Source: an uncultured virus (IMG/VR IMGVR_UViG_2772190671_000001)
Taxonomy: Duplodnaviria; Heunggongvirae; Uroviricota; Caudoviricetes
Direction: 5' to 3' (one strand)
Virus record (IMG/VR): IMGVR_UViG_2772190671_000001
DNA length: 64,000 nucleotides
The position numbers and the translations under genes were made by a program. Numbering within the stretch: the first letter of the stretch is position 1; each line of letters opens with the position of its first letter. A model generated the notes under the pieces. It saw only the letters and a list, made by a program, of their open reading frames with translations. It made no database searches and was not told the DNA's origin. Positions 36,637 to 45,449 of the stretch are shown here, in pieces.

Positions 36637-38706
36637 GGGAATCAGAGGCGACTGGAGAATCGTGTACTCACCGTAACCATCACGTCGGAGGACGCCCTCC
36701 GTGACCAGCCTCTTCAGCTCGCCCTGGAGCCACGGCTTGCCCCGCCCCGCGGACACGGCCGCCGGGCCCAGATCGGCGGGCTGGAACGTCAACTGGCGGG
36801 CCTGCAGCCACTGGTCGATCTGCTCGTGGATGACCTGCCGCGCCTCTGCTGTGCCGAGCCGATCGCGGCGCTCGAACTGCATGCCGGCGTCGGCCGGAAC
36901 CTCGGGCAGGGACCCGTCGAGATCGATCCCGGAGTAGTCCGCGTCAGGCTCCGGATCGTTGGGGATGAGGCCCATGACCTCGCTGTAGGCGTCCTCGATC
37001 TCCACAGTGATGGCTTCTTCCTGTGCGGACGGCAGGGTGGTCAAGTCGGCTCCGGCTTCTTCCAGTACGTGCGCCGCCGTAGCCAGCTGACCGGTGGGGG
37101 CGGGGTTGAGGCGGTTCGTTCCGCGGTGGGCTCGCTGGGCGTAGGCGGCGCCGAGGGCGGTCGCGGTCGCCTCGTCGAGCGGGTCGCGGTGCTCGGCCCC
37201 GGCGGCGACGAGCGCGGCCAGGTAGGCGCGGTCGGTGAGACCGGAGCGCCACTCCATCGCCCAGCGGCTCTGGTCGATGCCCATGCCGGTGGCGAAGGCG
37301 TAGCCGGGCCGGTCGGATCCCCAGTCGGGTACGGCGCCGGCCTCGATGACCCGGTCGGGCAGCCCGAACCCGGCGTCTCCTGCCTCGTCGACGCCGAAAC
37401 AGGCCGAGGCCTGCAGGTTGGCGCGGACGTCGGTGGACACGTTGGTCCAGGTCGCTCGCTGCAGGGAGACGACGAGCCAGATCCCCACGGAGCGGGCGGC
37501 GCGGGCGATCCGGTCGAGCTCGCTGAAGTCCGCCAGGTCGGCTGCTTCCTCGAGCCACAGCACCATCGCGTTGAGGCTGGACTTCGGCGTCCACTGGTCG
37601 AGGCCCTCGTCGGCGAGGACGTCGCCGCGGACCTTGATGGCGCCGGGCAGCGCCTTAAGGAGGTGCTTGACCTCGCGGCCGTCGGTGAGGAACCAGTCGA
37701 CGCCGTCGGCGATGTGCCCCATGGACTGGCGGCCCTTGGAGCAGTCGGCGAGGAAGATGGTCATCTTGCGGCGGGTGGCCAGGTGGGCGATGAGGCCGCG
37801 GGCGAATTCGGACTTGCCGGCGCCGGTGACTCCCATGACGAGGAGGTGCTGGAGGATGTCGGCGTCGAACGGGTTGATGATGAAGGTCTCGCCGTCGGCG
37901 TACAGGCCGAGCGGAATCGGCTCGTTGGGCAGCTGGCCGAGGCGGACGGGCGGGATGAACTGGACGCCGTCCTTGAGGAGGTCGGCGACGCGAATGTTGA
38001 GGGTTCCCCGGCCGGCGTTTTCCTGGTTGCGGGCGATGGTGGCGCCGGAGGTCGGCACTTGCATGGCGGCGGCCAGCTTGGGCAGGGCGGCCTGGACGTC
38101 GTCCATGGTCTGGCCGGCGGCCAGCTCGATGGGCGCCTGGACCATGCCCTTGCCGTTGCCCTTGGCCGACTTGACCGTGAGCTTTTCCAGGCCGATCGCC
38201 TCGGCGATCTTCCCGAGGCTGTTCTTCTCCTCGACTGGTTCGGTCTCGTCGTGGGCGTTGCGCATCAGCTGCCGGATGTTCCAGGAGGCGGCGAACACGC
38301 CGCCCCCGAGGAGCCACAGGTCGATCATCGGGGAGCCGAACGGTCCGGCGGCGGTGGCGCAGGTCAGCCAGCCCATCCCGGCGGCGACGGACGCGGTGGC
38401 CTGAGTGCGCCGGTAGCGGCGGAACTTGTTGCTGCCGCCCGCCGCATGCCAGGTCACGGCGCTGAGGACGACTCCCGCGACGCCGAGGCCGGCGGACGCC
38501 AGCCCGGCGGACAGGGCACTGTCGCCCCACATCTGGTTGGTGGCGAACCCGGCCATGGGGGGCAGCGTGTAGGCGCCGATCCACGGCGACGTGTACGGCA
38601 TTGCCTTGCCCGCGAGGTGGGAGATGAAGCCTCCCCGCCCGACGGGCACAAGGTCGGTGGAGGTGTTGACCGGCTGGCGGGGGCTGCGGGTGGCGGTGCG
38701 CGCCAT
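36631..38706 (-). CDS. traB: TraB-type FtsK/SpoIIIE conjugative DNA translocase
   Basis: N-terminal TM helices, Walker A GVTGAGKS, Walker B VLWLEEAA, ARSVGIWLVVSLQRAT, C-terminal wHTH (KPWLQGELKRLVTEGVL). Confidence 0.88.
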   Translation of the reverse strand: MARTATRSPRQPVNTSTDLVPVGRGGFISHLAGKAMPYTSPWIGAYTLPPMAGFATNQMWGDSALSAGLASAGLGVAGVVLSAVTWHAAGGSNKFRRYRRTQATASVAAGMGWLTCATAAGPFGSPMIDLWLLGGGVFAASWNIRQLMRNAHDETEPVEEKNSLGKIAEAIGLEKLTVKSAKGNGKGMVQAPIELAAGQTMDDVQAALPKLAAAMQVPTSGATIARNQENAGRGTLNIRVADLLKDGVQFIPPVRLGQLPNEPIPLGLYADGETFIINPFDADILQHLLVMGVTGAGKSEFARGLIAHLATRRKMTIFLADCSKGRQSMGHIADGVDWFLTDGREVKHLLKALPGAIKVRGDVLADEGLDQWTPKSSLNAMVLWLEEAADLADFSELDRIARAARSVGIWLVVSLQRATWTNVSTDVRANLQASACFGVDEAGDAGFGLPDRVIEAGAVPDWGSDRPGYAFATGMGIDQSRWAMEWRSGLTDRAYLAALVAAGAEHRDPLDEATATALGAAYAQRAHRGTNRLNPAPTGQLATAAHVLEEAGADLTTLPSAQEEAITVEIEDAYSEVMGLIPNDPEPDADYSGIDLDGSLPEVPADAGMQFERRDRLGTAEARQVIHEQIDQWLQARQLTFQPADLGPAAVSAGRGKPWLQGELKRLVTEGVLRRDGYGEYTILQSPLIPA

Positions 38707-39389
38707 CACTCGTCTCCGATCGTGAACTGCGGGCGGGCCTGCTTGGCGCCCCGCTGCTTGTTACGGGCGTCCTGCTCGGGCTTGATGAAGTGCCGGTCGA
38801 AGGCGTGCGCCATCTTCAGCGCGCCGACACCGAGAGCTTTGGCCGCTTCGGCGGACACCTTCAGGTGGGCGGAGACCAGGCGGGCTTTGACGCGGCTGCT
38901 GGCGCCGAAGGTGTACCAGTGGCCCTTGTAGGTGGACAGGACGCCGTTGATCTCTTCGGCGCGCATGCTGATGATGAAGTGGAGTTCGCGGCCGAGCCGG
39001 TTGATGGCCTTGGCGAGGTCGATGATGTCCTTCTCGTTGCGGAACTCGATCCGTTCGATCGCGGAGATCATGCCGTCGCCGCGGTGGTGGCTGCCGGATC
39101 CGCTGGCGGGGGTGTCGTCGTTGTTGCGACCTCCGCCGTTGTTTCCGCCTCCGCGGCCGCCCCCGTTGACGTGGACGTTGATCGGGGGCGTGAACGCGCT
39201 GCCCAGGCCTCCGGCGAATCCGCCTGCGGCGGCACCAGCTGCGCCGGCAACACGGGCGGCGCGGGACGAGGTGGCCGGCGGGTCCTGCCGCGGGCGGGGC
39301 GGGGCCTGGCGCGGCGGGGCGACCGGCCGGGGCGGGGCCTGCGTCATGCCGGAGTCGTTGTCGTCCGCCCAGTTGTACACGCTGCTCAT
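38706..39389 (-). CDS. TraA-like plasmid transfer protein
   Basis: Coupled directly upstream of traB; Gly-rich N-part, helical C-part. Confidence 0.6.
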   Translation of the reverse strand: MSSVYNWADDNDSGMTQAPPRPVAPPRQAPPRPRQDPPATSSRAARVAGAAGAAAGGFAGGLGSAFTPPINVHVNGGGRGGGNNGGGRNNDDTPASGSGSHHRGDGMISAIERIEFRNEKDIIDLAKAINRLGRELHFIISMRAEEINGVLSTYKGHWYTFGASSRVKARLVSAHLKVSAEAAKALGVGALKMAHAFDRHFIKPEQDARNKQRGAKQARPQFTIGDE

Positions 39390-39670
39390 GCGTCGGTCTC
39401 CTCGTGGATGGTGGTCGCTCCGAACCAGAGCGGCTGACGGATTTGGATCAGGTCGGCTTCCGGGTCGTTACCGAGCTGGGTTTCGGCTCGTTCGATGAGG
39501 TGGTGGGCTGCGGTGAACCGGGCTGCTGCGGCGGCGGCGTACAGGTCGGTGAGGGACCAGGACGCCTGCCGGGTAGCGAGCGTGATGAAGATGCGGGCCG
39601 CGTGGGCGAGGGTGTCGGCGAGTCGGGCCGCGTGGTCGAGGACGGTGAATCGTCGGGATCCGTGGGCCAT
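39386..39670 (-). CDS. Hypothetical protein
   Basis: Translationally coupled on both sides. Confidence 0.65.
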   Translation of the reverse strand: MAHGSRRFTVLDHAARLADTLAHAARIFITLATRQASWSLTDLYAAAAAARFTAAHHLIERAETQLGNDPEADLIQIRQPLWFGATTIHEETDA

Positions 39671-41034
39671 CACTGGTCCTTCTGGCGGGCGTTCTTGGCA
39701 GCGATGGATGCCTGGCGGCGAGCGCCCGGCGACTGCTTCGGGGTATCGCCCTTGGTGCGCCGTCCGGGGCGCGCGGGCGGGTTGTAGACGCGGGTCTTCT
39801 TGGTGCCGAGCATTTGCGAAGCGACCTGCGGTGTTGATCCGTTTACGGAGCGCTTTTCGCGGGCTGCTGCGACCCGCGCTTCGGCGGCGTTGCGCATGCG
39901 GATGACGTCCGCGGACTGGCCAGGAGGTGCGCCCTCGACGTCGAGCTTGGCCTGCTCCCAGATCGCCTCGGTGACGGTCGTCTCGCCGAGGTCCGTGGCG
40001 AGCTTCTCGGCGTGCTCCCACACCTTCGGGAAGAGCTTTGCGCGACGCTCAGCCAACTCCTTGGCTGCTTGCGCGGCGGCCTTGTCGGCGGTCTCCTTCT
40101 CGGCGGCGCGACGCTTCTCCTCGGCAGCCCGCTCGGCGGCGATCCGCTTCGTTTCCTTCTCGGCCGCCTTCCGCTCCCGGCGGGTGAGGACTCCGTCGCG
40201 CTTGCGGATCCGTCCGTGCTCGTGGAGGTCCCACACGCCGGGGCCGGCGATCGACGCGAACGCGGTACCGATCGCGGTGGCCGGGTCGAATGCGTGCATG
40301 CCGTGCCACAGGTTGATGCTGGCGGCGATGAACGCGAGCAGCCAGGCGATCAGCCGGTAGTGCCAGTGCGGCCGGTGGGCGGCCACTGCGGCAGCGGCGC
40401 CCTTCAGGACGACCCAGGCGCCGCCCTCAAGCATGAGCGGCGCGGCCATCAGCCACAGCGCCTTGGGGTTGTAGAACGCGGCGACCTGAACGGGCAAAGC
40501 CACGATCGCGCAGACGATGTAGAAGCTGCGTGCGTATCCGCGCCACCGGTTCTCCGCTTCGGCGACTTCGCTGGCCTCGGCCTCAGCGGCGATCCGCTGC
40601 TCTGCTTCCTGCCGGGCGGCGTTCTGGCGGGCACGGTCGGCTTCGTCGCGGCGTCGATGATGCTCGGCGATCCGCGCATCCGACGCGGCCTGCTCCTCGG
40701 TGGCCTTGCGCTCGGCACGGTCGTTGGCGAGACGCTGCTTGCGCGCCTCCTCCTCCGCCCTGACGCGGATCGCGTCGGCTTCGGCCTCGGCGAGTTTTAG
40801 CGCTGCTTCCTTCTCCGCTTCGGCCGCGATGCGCTGCTGCTCGGAGTCGGCCCACGCCTGGGCGCGGATCGCCTCGGCCTTGGCCTGGGCGACGATGTCG
40901 CTGTCAACGGTGGCCGCGGGCTCGGTGGGGGTGTTGGCCTGGGTGGGGGTGGCCTCTATGGGCTGCCAGTCCCCCAGCACCTGCAGGGCCGGCGGCCTGG
41001 CGTGGCCGTTCACCTTCGGCGGGCTGGCAGTCAT
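39670..41034 (-). CDS. Coiled-coil four-TM protein, SpdB/DUF2637-like
   Basis: Coiled coil, four TM segments (APLMLEGGAWV; ASINLWHG), basic C-terminus. Confidence 0.7.
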   Translation of the reverse strand: MTASPPKVNGHARPPALQVLGDWQPIEATPTQANTPTEPAATVDSDIVAQAKAEAIRAQAWADSEQQRIAAEAEKEAALKLAEAEADAIRVRAEEEARKQRLANDRAERKATEEQAASDARIAEHHRRRDEADRARQNAARQEAEQRIAAEAEASEVAEAENRWRGYARSFYIVCAIVALPVQVAAFYNPKALWLMAAPLMLEGGAWVVLKGAAAAVAAHRPHWHYRLIAWLLAFIAASINLWHGMHAFDPATAIGTAFASIAGPGVWDLHEHGRIRKRDGVLTRRERKAAEKETKRIAAERAAEEKRRAAEKETADKAAAQAAKELAERRAKLFPKVWEHAEKLATDLGETTVTEAIWEQAKLDVEGAPPGQSADVIRMRNAAEARVAAAREKRSVNGSTPQVASQMLGTKKTRVYNPPARPGRRTKGDTPKQSPGARRQASIAAKNARQKDQ

Positions 41035-41125
41035 GGCGGTCAAGTCCCTTCGGTGGTCAGCTACGACGGTTCAAGATGGGGACCGTGGCGGCGGGGGGGG
41101 GGGATCCGCCGCCACCGATCGGGGT

Positions 41126-41506
41126 TCAGCGCTGTACGACGGGCTTGTCGATGTCCCGGTGCTGGACGATCACGGCGTGCCCCGCGGCGATCAGGCGGGT
41201 GGCGAGGGCGCGGGCCACGGTGGGGGCGCGGTGCCGGCCGCCTGCACAACCTGCGGCGACGGTGATGTCCCCGGCGGACGGGCCGGCAGCGAACGCGGTG
41301 ACCGCTTCCGCGGCGGCCGCGACCAGCTGCCGGATTCCCGGCGTGCCCATCACCGCGTCCCGCACTTCCCGGTCCTTCGCGGTCATGTAGCGGAGCTCCG
41401 GGGATACGTGCGGGTCCCGGAAGTGGTGGCGAAGATCCACCGTCAGGTCCGCTGCGGGCGGGGCGTCGTGCAGGTAGCCGAAGGAGACGACCGTGACCGT
41501 AGCCAT
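41126..41506 (-). CDS. Stand-alone RapZ C-terminal domain protein
   Basis: VVSFGY...DLTVDLRHHFRDPH...VAAGCAGGRHRA...HRDI. Confidence 0.85.
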   Translation of the reverse strand: MATVTVVSFGYLHDAPPAADLTVDLRHHFRDPHVSPELRYMTAKDREVRDAVMGTPGIRQLVAAAAEAVTAFAAGPSAGDITVAAGCAGGRHRAPTVARALATRLIAAGHAVIVQHRDIDKPVVQR

Positions 41507-41703
41507 CAGGCGACGTCCCCGAGGCTGGCGCCGAGCAGCTCGTCCGTGAGCGACGCGCCCGGGTTGGCCTTGTCGTAGCGGGCCGCCTCGGCGAGCAGGG
41601 CCAACTCGGCGAACCTGTCCCTGGCGGCCAGGTAGCGGCGGATCAGACCCTCGCGGTAGGCCGCATCGGACGACGGGGCAGACGTGATCAGGGTCAGAGA
41701 CAT
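41506..41703 (-). CDS. Hypothetical protein
   Basis: RBS GAAAGG; coupled to RapZ-C gene. Confidence 0.6.
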   Translation of the reverse strand: MSLTLITSAPSSDAAYREGLIRRYLAARDRFAELALLAEAARYDKANPGASLTDELLGASLGDVA

Positions 41704-41874
41704 GGCAGTGCCTTTCGAGTGGTCAACAGAAGGAAGGGAGGTGGTGCGGGAAGTGGGGGCCGCGGCTGGCGGGACGGGGGCGGACACCGCCAACCGCGGC
41801 GGTCTAGGGGCGTTCAGCCCTGGGGGTGGGGGCGGGGCGGCCGGATCGGAAGCTCGGGCTTCGTCCGCTCGTGC

Positions 41875-42051
41875 TCAGCCACGACGCGCACCCTCCCCGT
41901 GCAGGTGCGAGCACTTGTCCACCCAGTTCAGGTGGATCTGGCAGGTCGACCGCTGACCGTCCGGCGTCTGCCGGGCCGTCTCCTGGTACAGGCGCAGGAC
42001 CAGGTCGTCGGAAGCGTCCGCGGGGATTCGGGCCAGCGTCGGGGCGGTCAC
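41875..42051 (-). CDS. 58-aa hypothetical protein (not in ORF track)
   Basis: GTGA-coupled; CQIHLNWVDKCSHLH. Confidence 0.55.
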   Translation of the reverse strand: MTAPTLARIPADASDDLVLRLYQETARQTPDGQRSTCQIHLNWVDKCSHLHGEGARRG

Positions 42052-42386
42052 GCTTCACCGCCGTCGAACGTCGGGTAGATCGTGGCCCGGATGGCGCCCA
42101 CCGGCTCCGACTGCTTCCACGTGAAGGGGGCGTACAGGTGGATGGCGCCCGCCGAATCGGTGCGCTCCGACCACTGCGAGCCCAGCCGGCCCGCCCACGC
42201 CACGAAGGCACGGCGCGTCTCGTCGGGCGTCGCGGTCAGGGAATCGGCGGTGCCGGTGATCGCACCCGACACGGCGATCGTCCACGCCATCGCGGGCAGA
42301 TCATCGAAAGCCAGCAGGTCACCGAGCACCAGGTGCGCGGAACGCTGCCACCGACGGAGATACACCTCCGTCGACTCCCCGGCCAT
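42048..42386 (-). CDS. Hypothetical protein
   Basis: Coupled ORF MAGESTEVYLRRWQR. Confidence 0.65.
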   Translation of the reverse strand: MAGESTEVYLRRWQRSAHLVLGDLLAFDDLPAMAWTIAVSGAITGTADSLTATPDETRRAFVAWAGRLGSQWSERTDSAGAIHLYAPFTWKQSEPVGAIRATIYPTFDGGEA

Positions 42387-42559
42387 CACGCACCACCCTT
42401 GGCGGCGAGCTTCCGCTCCAGGCTGCGCATCGCATCGCCAGCAGCCGGCGGAAGCGGGGCGGTGCGGACGTAAGACGCGGCCTCGTGGGCGGCGCGGTCG
42501 GCAGCCGACAGCGGCGCCTGGTGATCGGCGCGCACGGGCGCAGCAGTAACGGTAGTCAT
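42386..42559 (-). CDS. Hypothetical protein
   Basis: Coupled ORF MTTVTAAPVR. Confidence 0.55.
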   Translation of the reverse strand: MTTVTAAPVRADHQAPLSAADRAAHEAASYVRTAPLPPAAGDAMRSLERKLAAKGGA

Positions 42560-43245
42560 CGGCGTGCCTTCTTCCTGGCTTCGGAACGGCTGCTGGCTGC
42601 GGCCCGACAGGCACGGCAGTGCTTGTAGCCCTTCGGGTCGGTGTACGTGTTCTGCGAGTCGAGCGCGTGCCCCTTGGCGCACGCATCGGCTCCTCGGCTC
42701 CGACGCGGCACAAGCGGAGCAGCCACGCCGATCGGCGGTTCGTTGAGAGGCGTGCCGGCGGCAGCCGCCTGCCTCTCTCGCGCGGAGGTGATGGAGCAGA
42801 CCCGGCAGCGCCGACCTCCGTCCGGGTCAACGCTGAGGTTGTTGCCGGATAGGGAGTGGCCCCGCTTGCAATGGGTCTTGCTCGCATTGAGGGCCGCCGG
42901 GGCTATCGGCGAGCGCATGATGTTCTCTCGGCAAGTGACCGGCTCCAGGTGATCCGGGTTGCAGCACTCGCGCACCCGGCAGAGGTGATCGATGTGCAGG
43001 CCCTGGGCGATCTCACCGACGAGAAGCATGTACATCACGCGGTGTGCGTACATGCCCATCTGCCCCAGGTAGAACCGGCCGTAGCCAGCCTTGTAGCGCG
43101 GCCCGTTCCAAATCCAGCAGCCGGCCTCGTTCTCGGAGGCACGAGACCAGAGCCTGTCCAGTTCCGCCTGGGTGAACTTGCGGCTCAGGCCAGACGGCAA
43201 CGTGACCGGCTTCAGGCTGTCGAGAGCGGGCTGTGTGGACTTCAC
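42556..43245 (-). CDS. HNH homing-type endonuclease
   Basis: CWIWNG...AHRVMY...IDHLCRVRECCNPDHLEPVT...EN; two CxxGH...CxxC repeats. Confidence 0.92.
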   Translation of the reverse strand: MKSTQPALDSLKPVTLPSGLSRKFTQAELDRLWSRASENEAGCWIWNGPRYKAGYGRFYLGQMGMYAHRVMYMLLVGEIAQGLHIDHLCRVRECCNPDHLEPVTCRENIMRSPIAPAALNASKTHCKRGHSLSGNNLSVDPDGGRRCRVCSITSARERQAAAAGTPLNEPPIGVAAPLVPRRSRGADACAKGHALDSQNTYTDPKGYKHCRACRAAASSRSEARKKARR

Positions 43246-43467
43246 CTAGGCCACCTCACTCGGGACCTGCGCGGTGCGCAGGAACTCGGCCAGCGTGGAT
43301 TCGGCGACTCGGAAGCGGGGGCGCCCGGCTCCCTTGGCGATGTTGATGGCGGACAACCGTCCGGAGGTGATGAGGCCGCGCACGTGCTGGGGCGTACTGC
43401 CGATGCGCTTCGCCACCTGCCCGGTGGTCAGGTAGTCGCCCGTGGGGGCGACAGATGCAGACGTCAC
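43246..43467 (-). CDS. Xis-like HTH_17 DNA-binding protein
   Basis: YLTTGQVAKRIGSTPQHVRGLITSGRLSAINI...FRV. Confidence 0.85.
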   Translation of the reverse strand: MTSASVAPTGDYLTTGQVAKRIGSTPQHVRGLITSGRLSAINIAKGAGRPRFRVAESTLAEFLRTAQVPSEVA

Positions 43468-43514
43468 TAGGTGCTCCCCTGCGGTCGACTGGGGTGGACA
43501 CCTAGATAGAAGCA

Positions 43515-43546
43515 GATTGCTCCAGAGCAATCAATAGCTCTAGAGC
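43515..43546. promoter_or_regulatory. Two GCTC(T/C)AGAGC palindromes, putative Kor operators
   Basis: GATTGCTCCAGAGCAATC 43515-43532 and GCTCTAGAGC 43537-43546. Confidence 0.7.
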
Positions 43547-43612
43547 AGATGGACCACTTCTAAGACAACAAAAAAGCCCCCACCCGTTGAGTGGAGGCCA
43601 AGAAGCGGCAGG

Positions 43613-44368
43613 TCAGGCCGGGAAGTCGTACACCAGGAGGAACCGCGAAGCGTCCAGAATCATTCGATTGATCTCGACGACGCGACCATCCGCTCGCATC
43701 GCTGAGCGGTGCTGCTCCACAACGGGCGCACCGGCCGCCAGGTGCAGGTCGTCAACCTCCGCCGGGGTCGCCAATCGACAACGCAACTGCTCACGGAACT
43801 GCACCGGCCCGTGTCCCGCTTCACGGAGTCGCGCATAGGTGCCGCCCGGGCCGGAGTCGATCTGCGTAATGCGCGTGCCGCGCGCGAGGTCGTCCGGGAT
43901 GTACGAGGTCGCACGCATGACGACTTCCCCTTCCACTACGTAGCGGCGATTCCGCCGCCACACCGACTCGCCCTCTTCCAGGTCGAGGGCGCGGGCTACA
44001 TCCGCCGGAGCGTCGACCAGCTCAATTTGCACATCCCGCGCCTCAAGCTGCCGGTCGTCAATGTCGACGTCCCACATCGATCGCCCTTCGCCCCACTGAG
44101 AGGTCGAGAGACGCTTGAGGGCGTTGCGAACGATGGGCCGCCATTCGGCGACATACCAGCCAGAGCCAACCCGCGACTCGATCAGGCCCTCATCGCGCAG
44201 CACGCCGAGAGCTTGGCGGACGGTCATCTGCGAAACGTCGTAATTGGCGCGCAGATCCCGCTCAGAGGGCAGCTTGCGCTTCTCGCCGAACTCGTCGGCG
44301 CTGATCCGCCTACGCAGGTCGTCGGCGATCTCCCGGTACTTGTGCGGCTCGCCGGGCTTGCGTGGCAC
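43613..44368 (-). CDS. GntR/HutC-family repressor with UTRA domain, KorSA/TraR-like
   Basis: YREIADDLRRRI...LPSERDL...TVRQALGVLRDEGLI plus UTRA domain; heads the tra/spd operon. Confidence 0.88.
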   Translation of the reverse strand: MPRKPGEPHKYREIADDLRRRISADEFGEKRKLPSERDLRANYDVSQMTVRQALGVLRDEGLIESRVGSGWYVAEWRPIVRNALKRLSTSQWGEGRSMWDVDIDDRQLEARDVQIELVDAPADVARALDLEEGESVWRRNRRYVVEGEVVMRATSYIPDDLARGTRITQIDSGPGGTYARLREAGHGPVQFREQLRCRLATPAEVDDLHLAAGAPVVEQHRSAMRADGRVVEINRMILDASRFLLVYDFPA

Positions 44369-44392
44369 AGGCTCTCCTTAGGGACGGATTCA

Positions 44393-44484
44393 TCTAGAGC
44401 AACGCTACCTGCTCTACATCAGCGCTGGTCAATGCGCACCTTTGGCAGATCCAGGCGAGAGACTGGCGTCAATTGCTCTAGAGC
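44393..44484. promoter_or_regulatory. Further copies of the GCTCTAGAGC operator upstream of the GntR gene
   Basis: TCTAGAGCAA 44393-44402; TTGCTCTAGAGC 44473-44484. Confidence 0.65.
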
Positions 44485-44644
44485 GCTACGTTGGCGTAGT
44501 CGCGTTGTGACAGTGCGCACACCACGGCAACGCTTTGCACGCCCACGCACGAAAACGGCCGGACGGTCGCCACCGTCCGGCCGAAGAAGCGGCGGGTCGC
44601 CACCCGCCTAAGCAACTCAATCCTGCTGAGATTGGAGTCTGCCC

Positions 44645-44920
44645 ATGACTGTAACGCTCTCCCCCCTCCTGGACCACCTGCTCGACGCCCCGCTCCCCCA
44701 GCTGCTGGCCGAGTTGGACGTCGAGCTGGTCGACAGCAGCATCACGGACCGCACGTTCTTCGGCGCGTTCGTGGAGCATCGGAGCGGCAGGCGCATTCTG
44801 TCGATGCCGCCCGGCCGGTCCGTCTTCGAGCGGGATACGGCGGCGCGGATGCTCCTCGCGGAGGGGCTCGAGCTGGATGCTCCGCCGCTGCCGGCGCCGT
44901 TCGAGGTGACGCGCGGCTGA
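44645..44920 (+). CDS. Hypothetical protein divergent from GntR
   Basis: RBS GGAG; followed by terminator. Confidence 0.7.
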   Translation: MTVTLSPLLDHLLDAPLPQLLAELDVELVDSSITDRTFFGAFVEHRSGRRILSMPPGRSVFERDTAARMLLAEGLELDAPPLPAPFEVTRG

Positions 44921-44930
44921 CCGCACGCCT

Positions 44931-44964
44931 GAAGGCCCCCGCTCCGGTTGGAGCGGGGGCCTTC
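44931..44964. terminator. Bidirectional hairpin terminator
   Basis: GAAGGCCCCCGCTCC-GGTT-GGAGCGGGGGCCTTC. Confidence 0.8.
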
Positions 44965-44985
44965 GTCATGGCCGAGCCTGGTCGG

Positions 44986-45156
44986 TCACTTGGTCCTCCA
45001 TGCGGCGCGCGCGGCTGCGCGTCGGGTGGCGCGGTTCGGTGTGGGGTCGGGGGCGGTGTCGTCGACGACCTGCTCGGCGCGGACGAGTTGCTGCTCCCAG
45101 GTGACGCCCGGGGCCGGCGCACGCTCGCCGCGGGGTTTGGATGAGGGGCCGGTCAT
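44986..45156 (-). CDS. Hypothetical protein
   Basis: ATGA-coupled; last gene of early operon. Confidence 0.55.
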   Translation of the reverse strand: MTGPSSKPRGERAPAPGVTWEQQLVRAEQVVDDTAPDPTPNRATRRAAARAAWRTK

Positions 45157-45449
45157 GCGGCCTCCTTTCGGGCCCACGCGGGGCGGTGAGGCGCTGTGCG
45201 CCGTTCTGCGGGTGCTGGCGGCTCCGGGACCGCGTCGGGCTGTTCGGTCGTGAGAGGGGCACTCAGGGCCGTTCTCGGGCCTGTTGCGGCCAGAGCCGCC
45301 GTCACGCCCCGCCACAGCACCCGCCCCGCCCACCACACGGCCGCCACCACCGAGTGCAGAACCACCGCGGCGACGAAGGCGAGCGCGGCAATCCACGCGG
45401 CGAGCGCCCACCCGACCGTGACCACCGTGTCGACCGCCTCCCCGATCAC
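45153..45449 (-). CDS. Membrane protein
   Basis: Long hydrophobic N-terminus; coupled. Confidence 0.6.
   Translation of the reverse strand: MIGEAVDTVVTVGWALAAWIAALAFVAAVVLHSVVAAVWWAGRVLWRGVTAALAATGPRTALSAPLTTEQPDAVPEPPAPAERRTAPHRPAWARKEAA

Noticed and set aside
41093..41103. G11 tract (also G8 at 35922-35929) as a phase-variation switch
   Set aside because: Intergenic, within or beside hairpins, with no reading frame affected; could be a homopolymer sequencing error
35897..44964. Independent AICE or plasmid nested in the prophage
   Set aside because: No Rep, integrase or flanking att-like repeats seen; not fully excluded without comparative genomes
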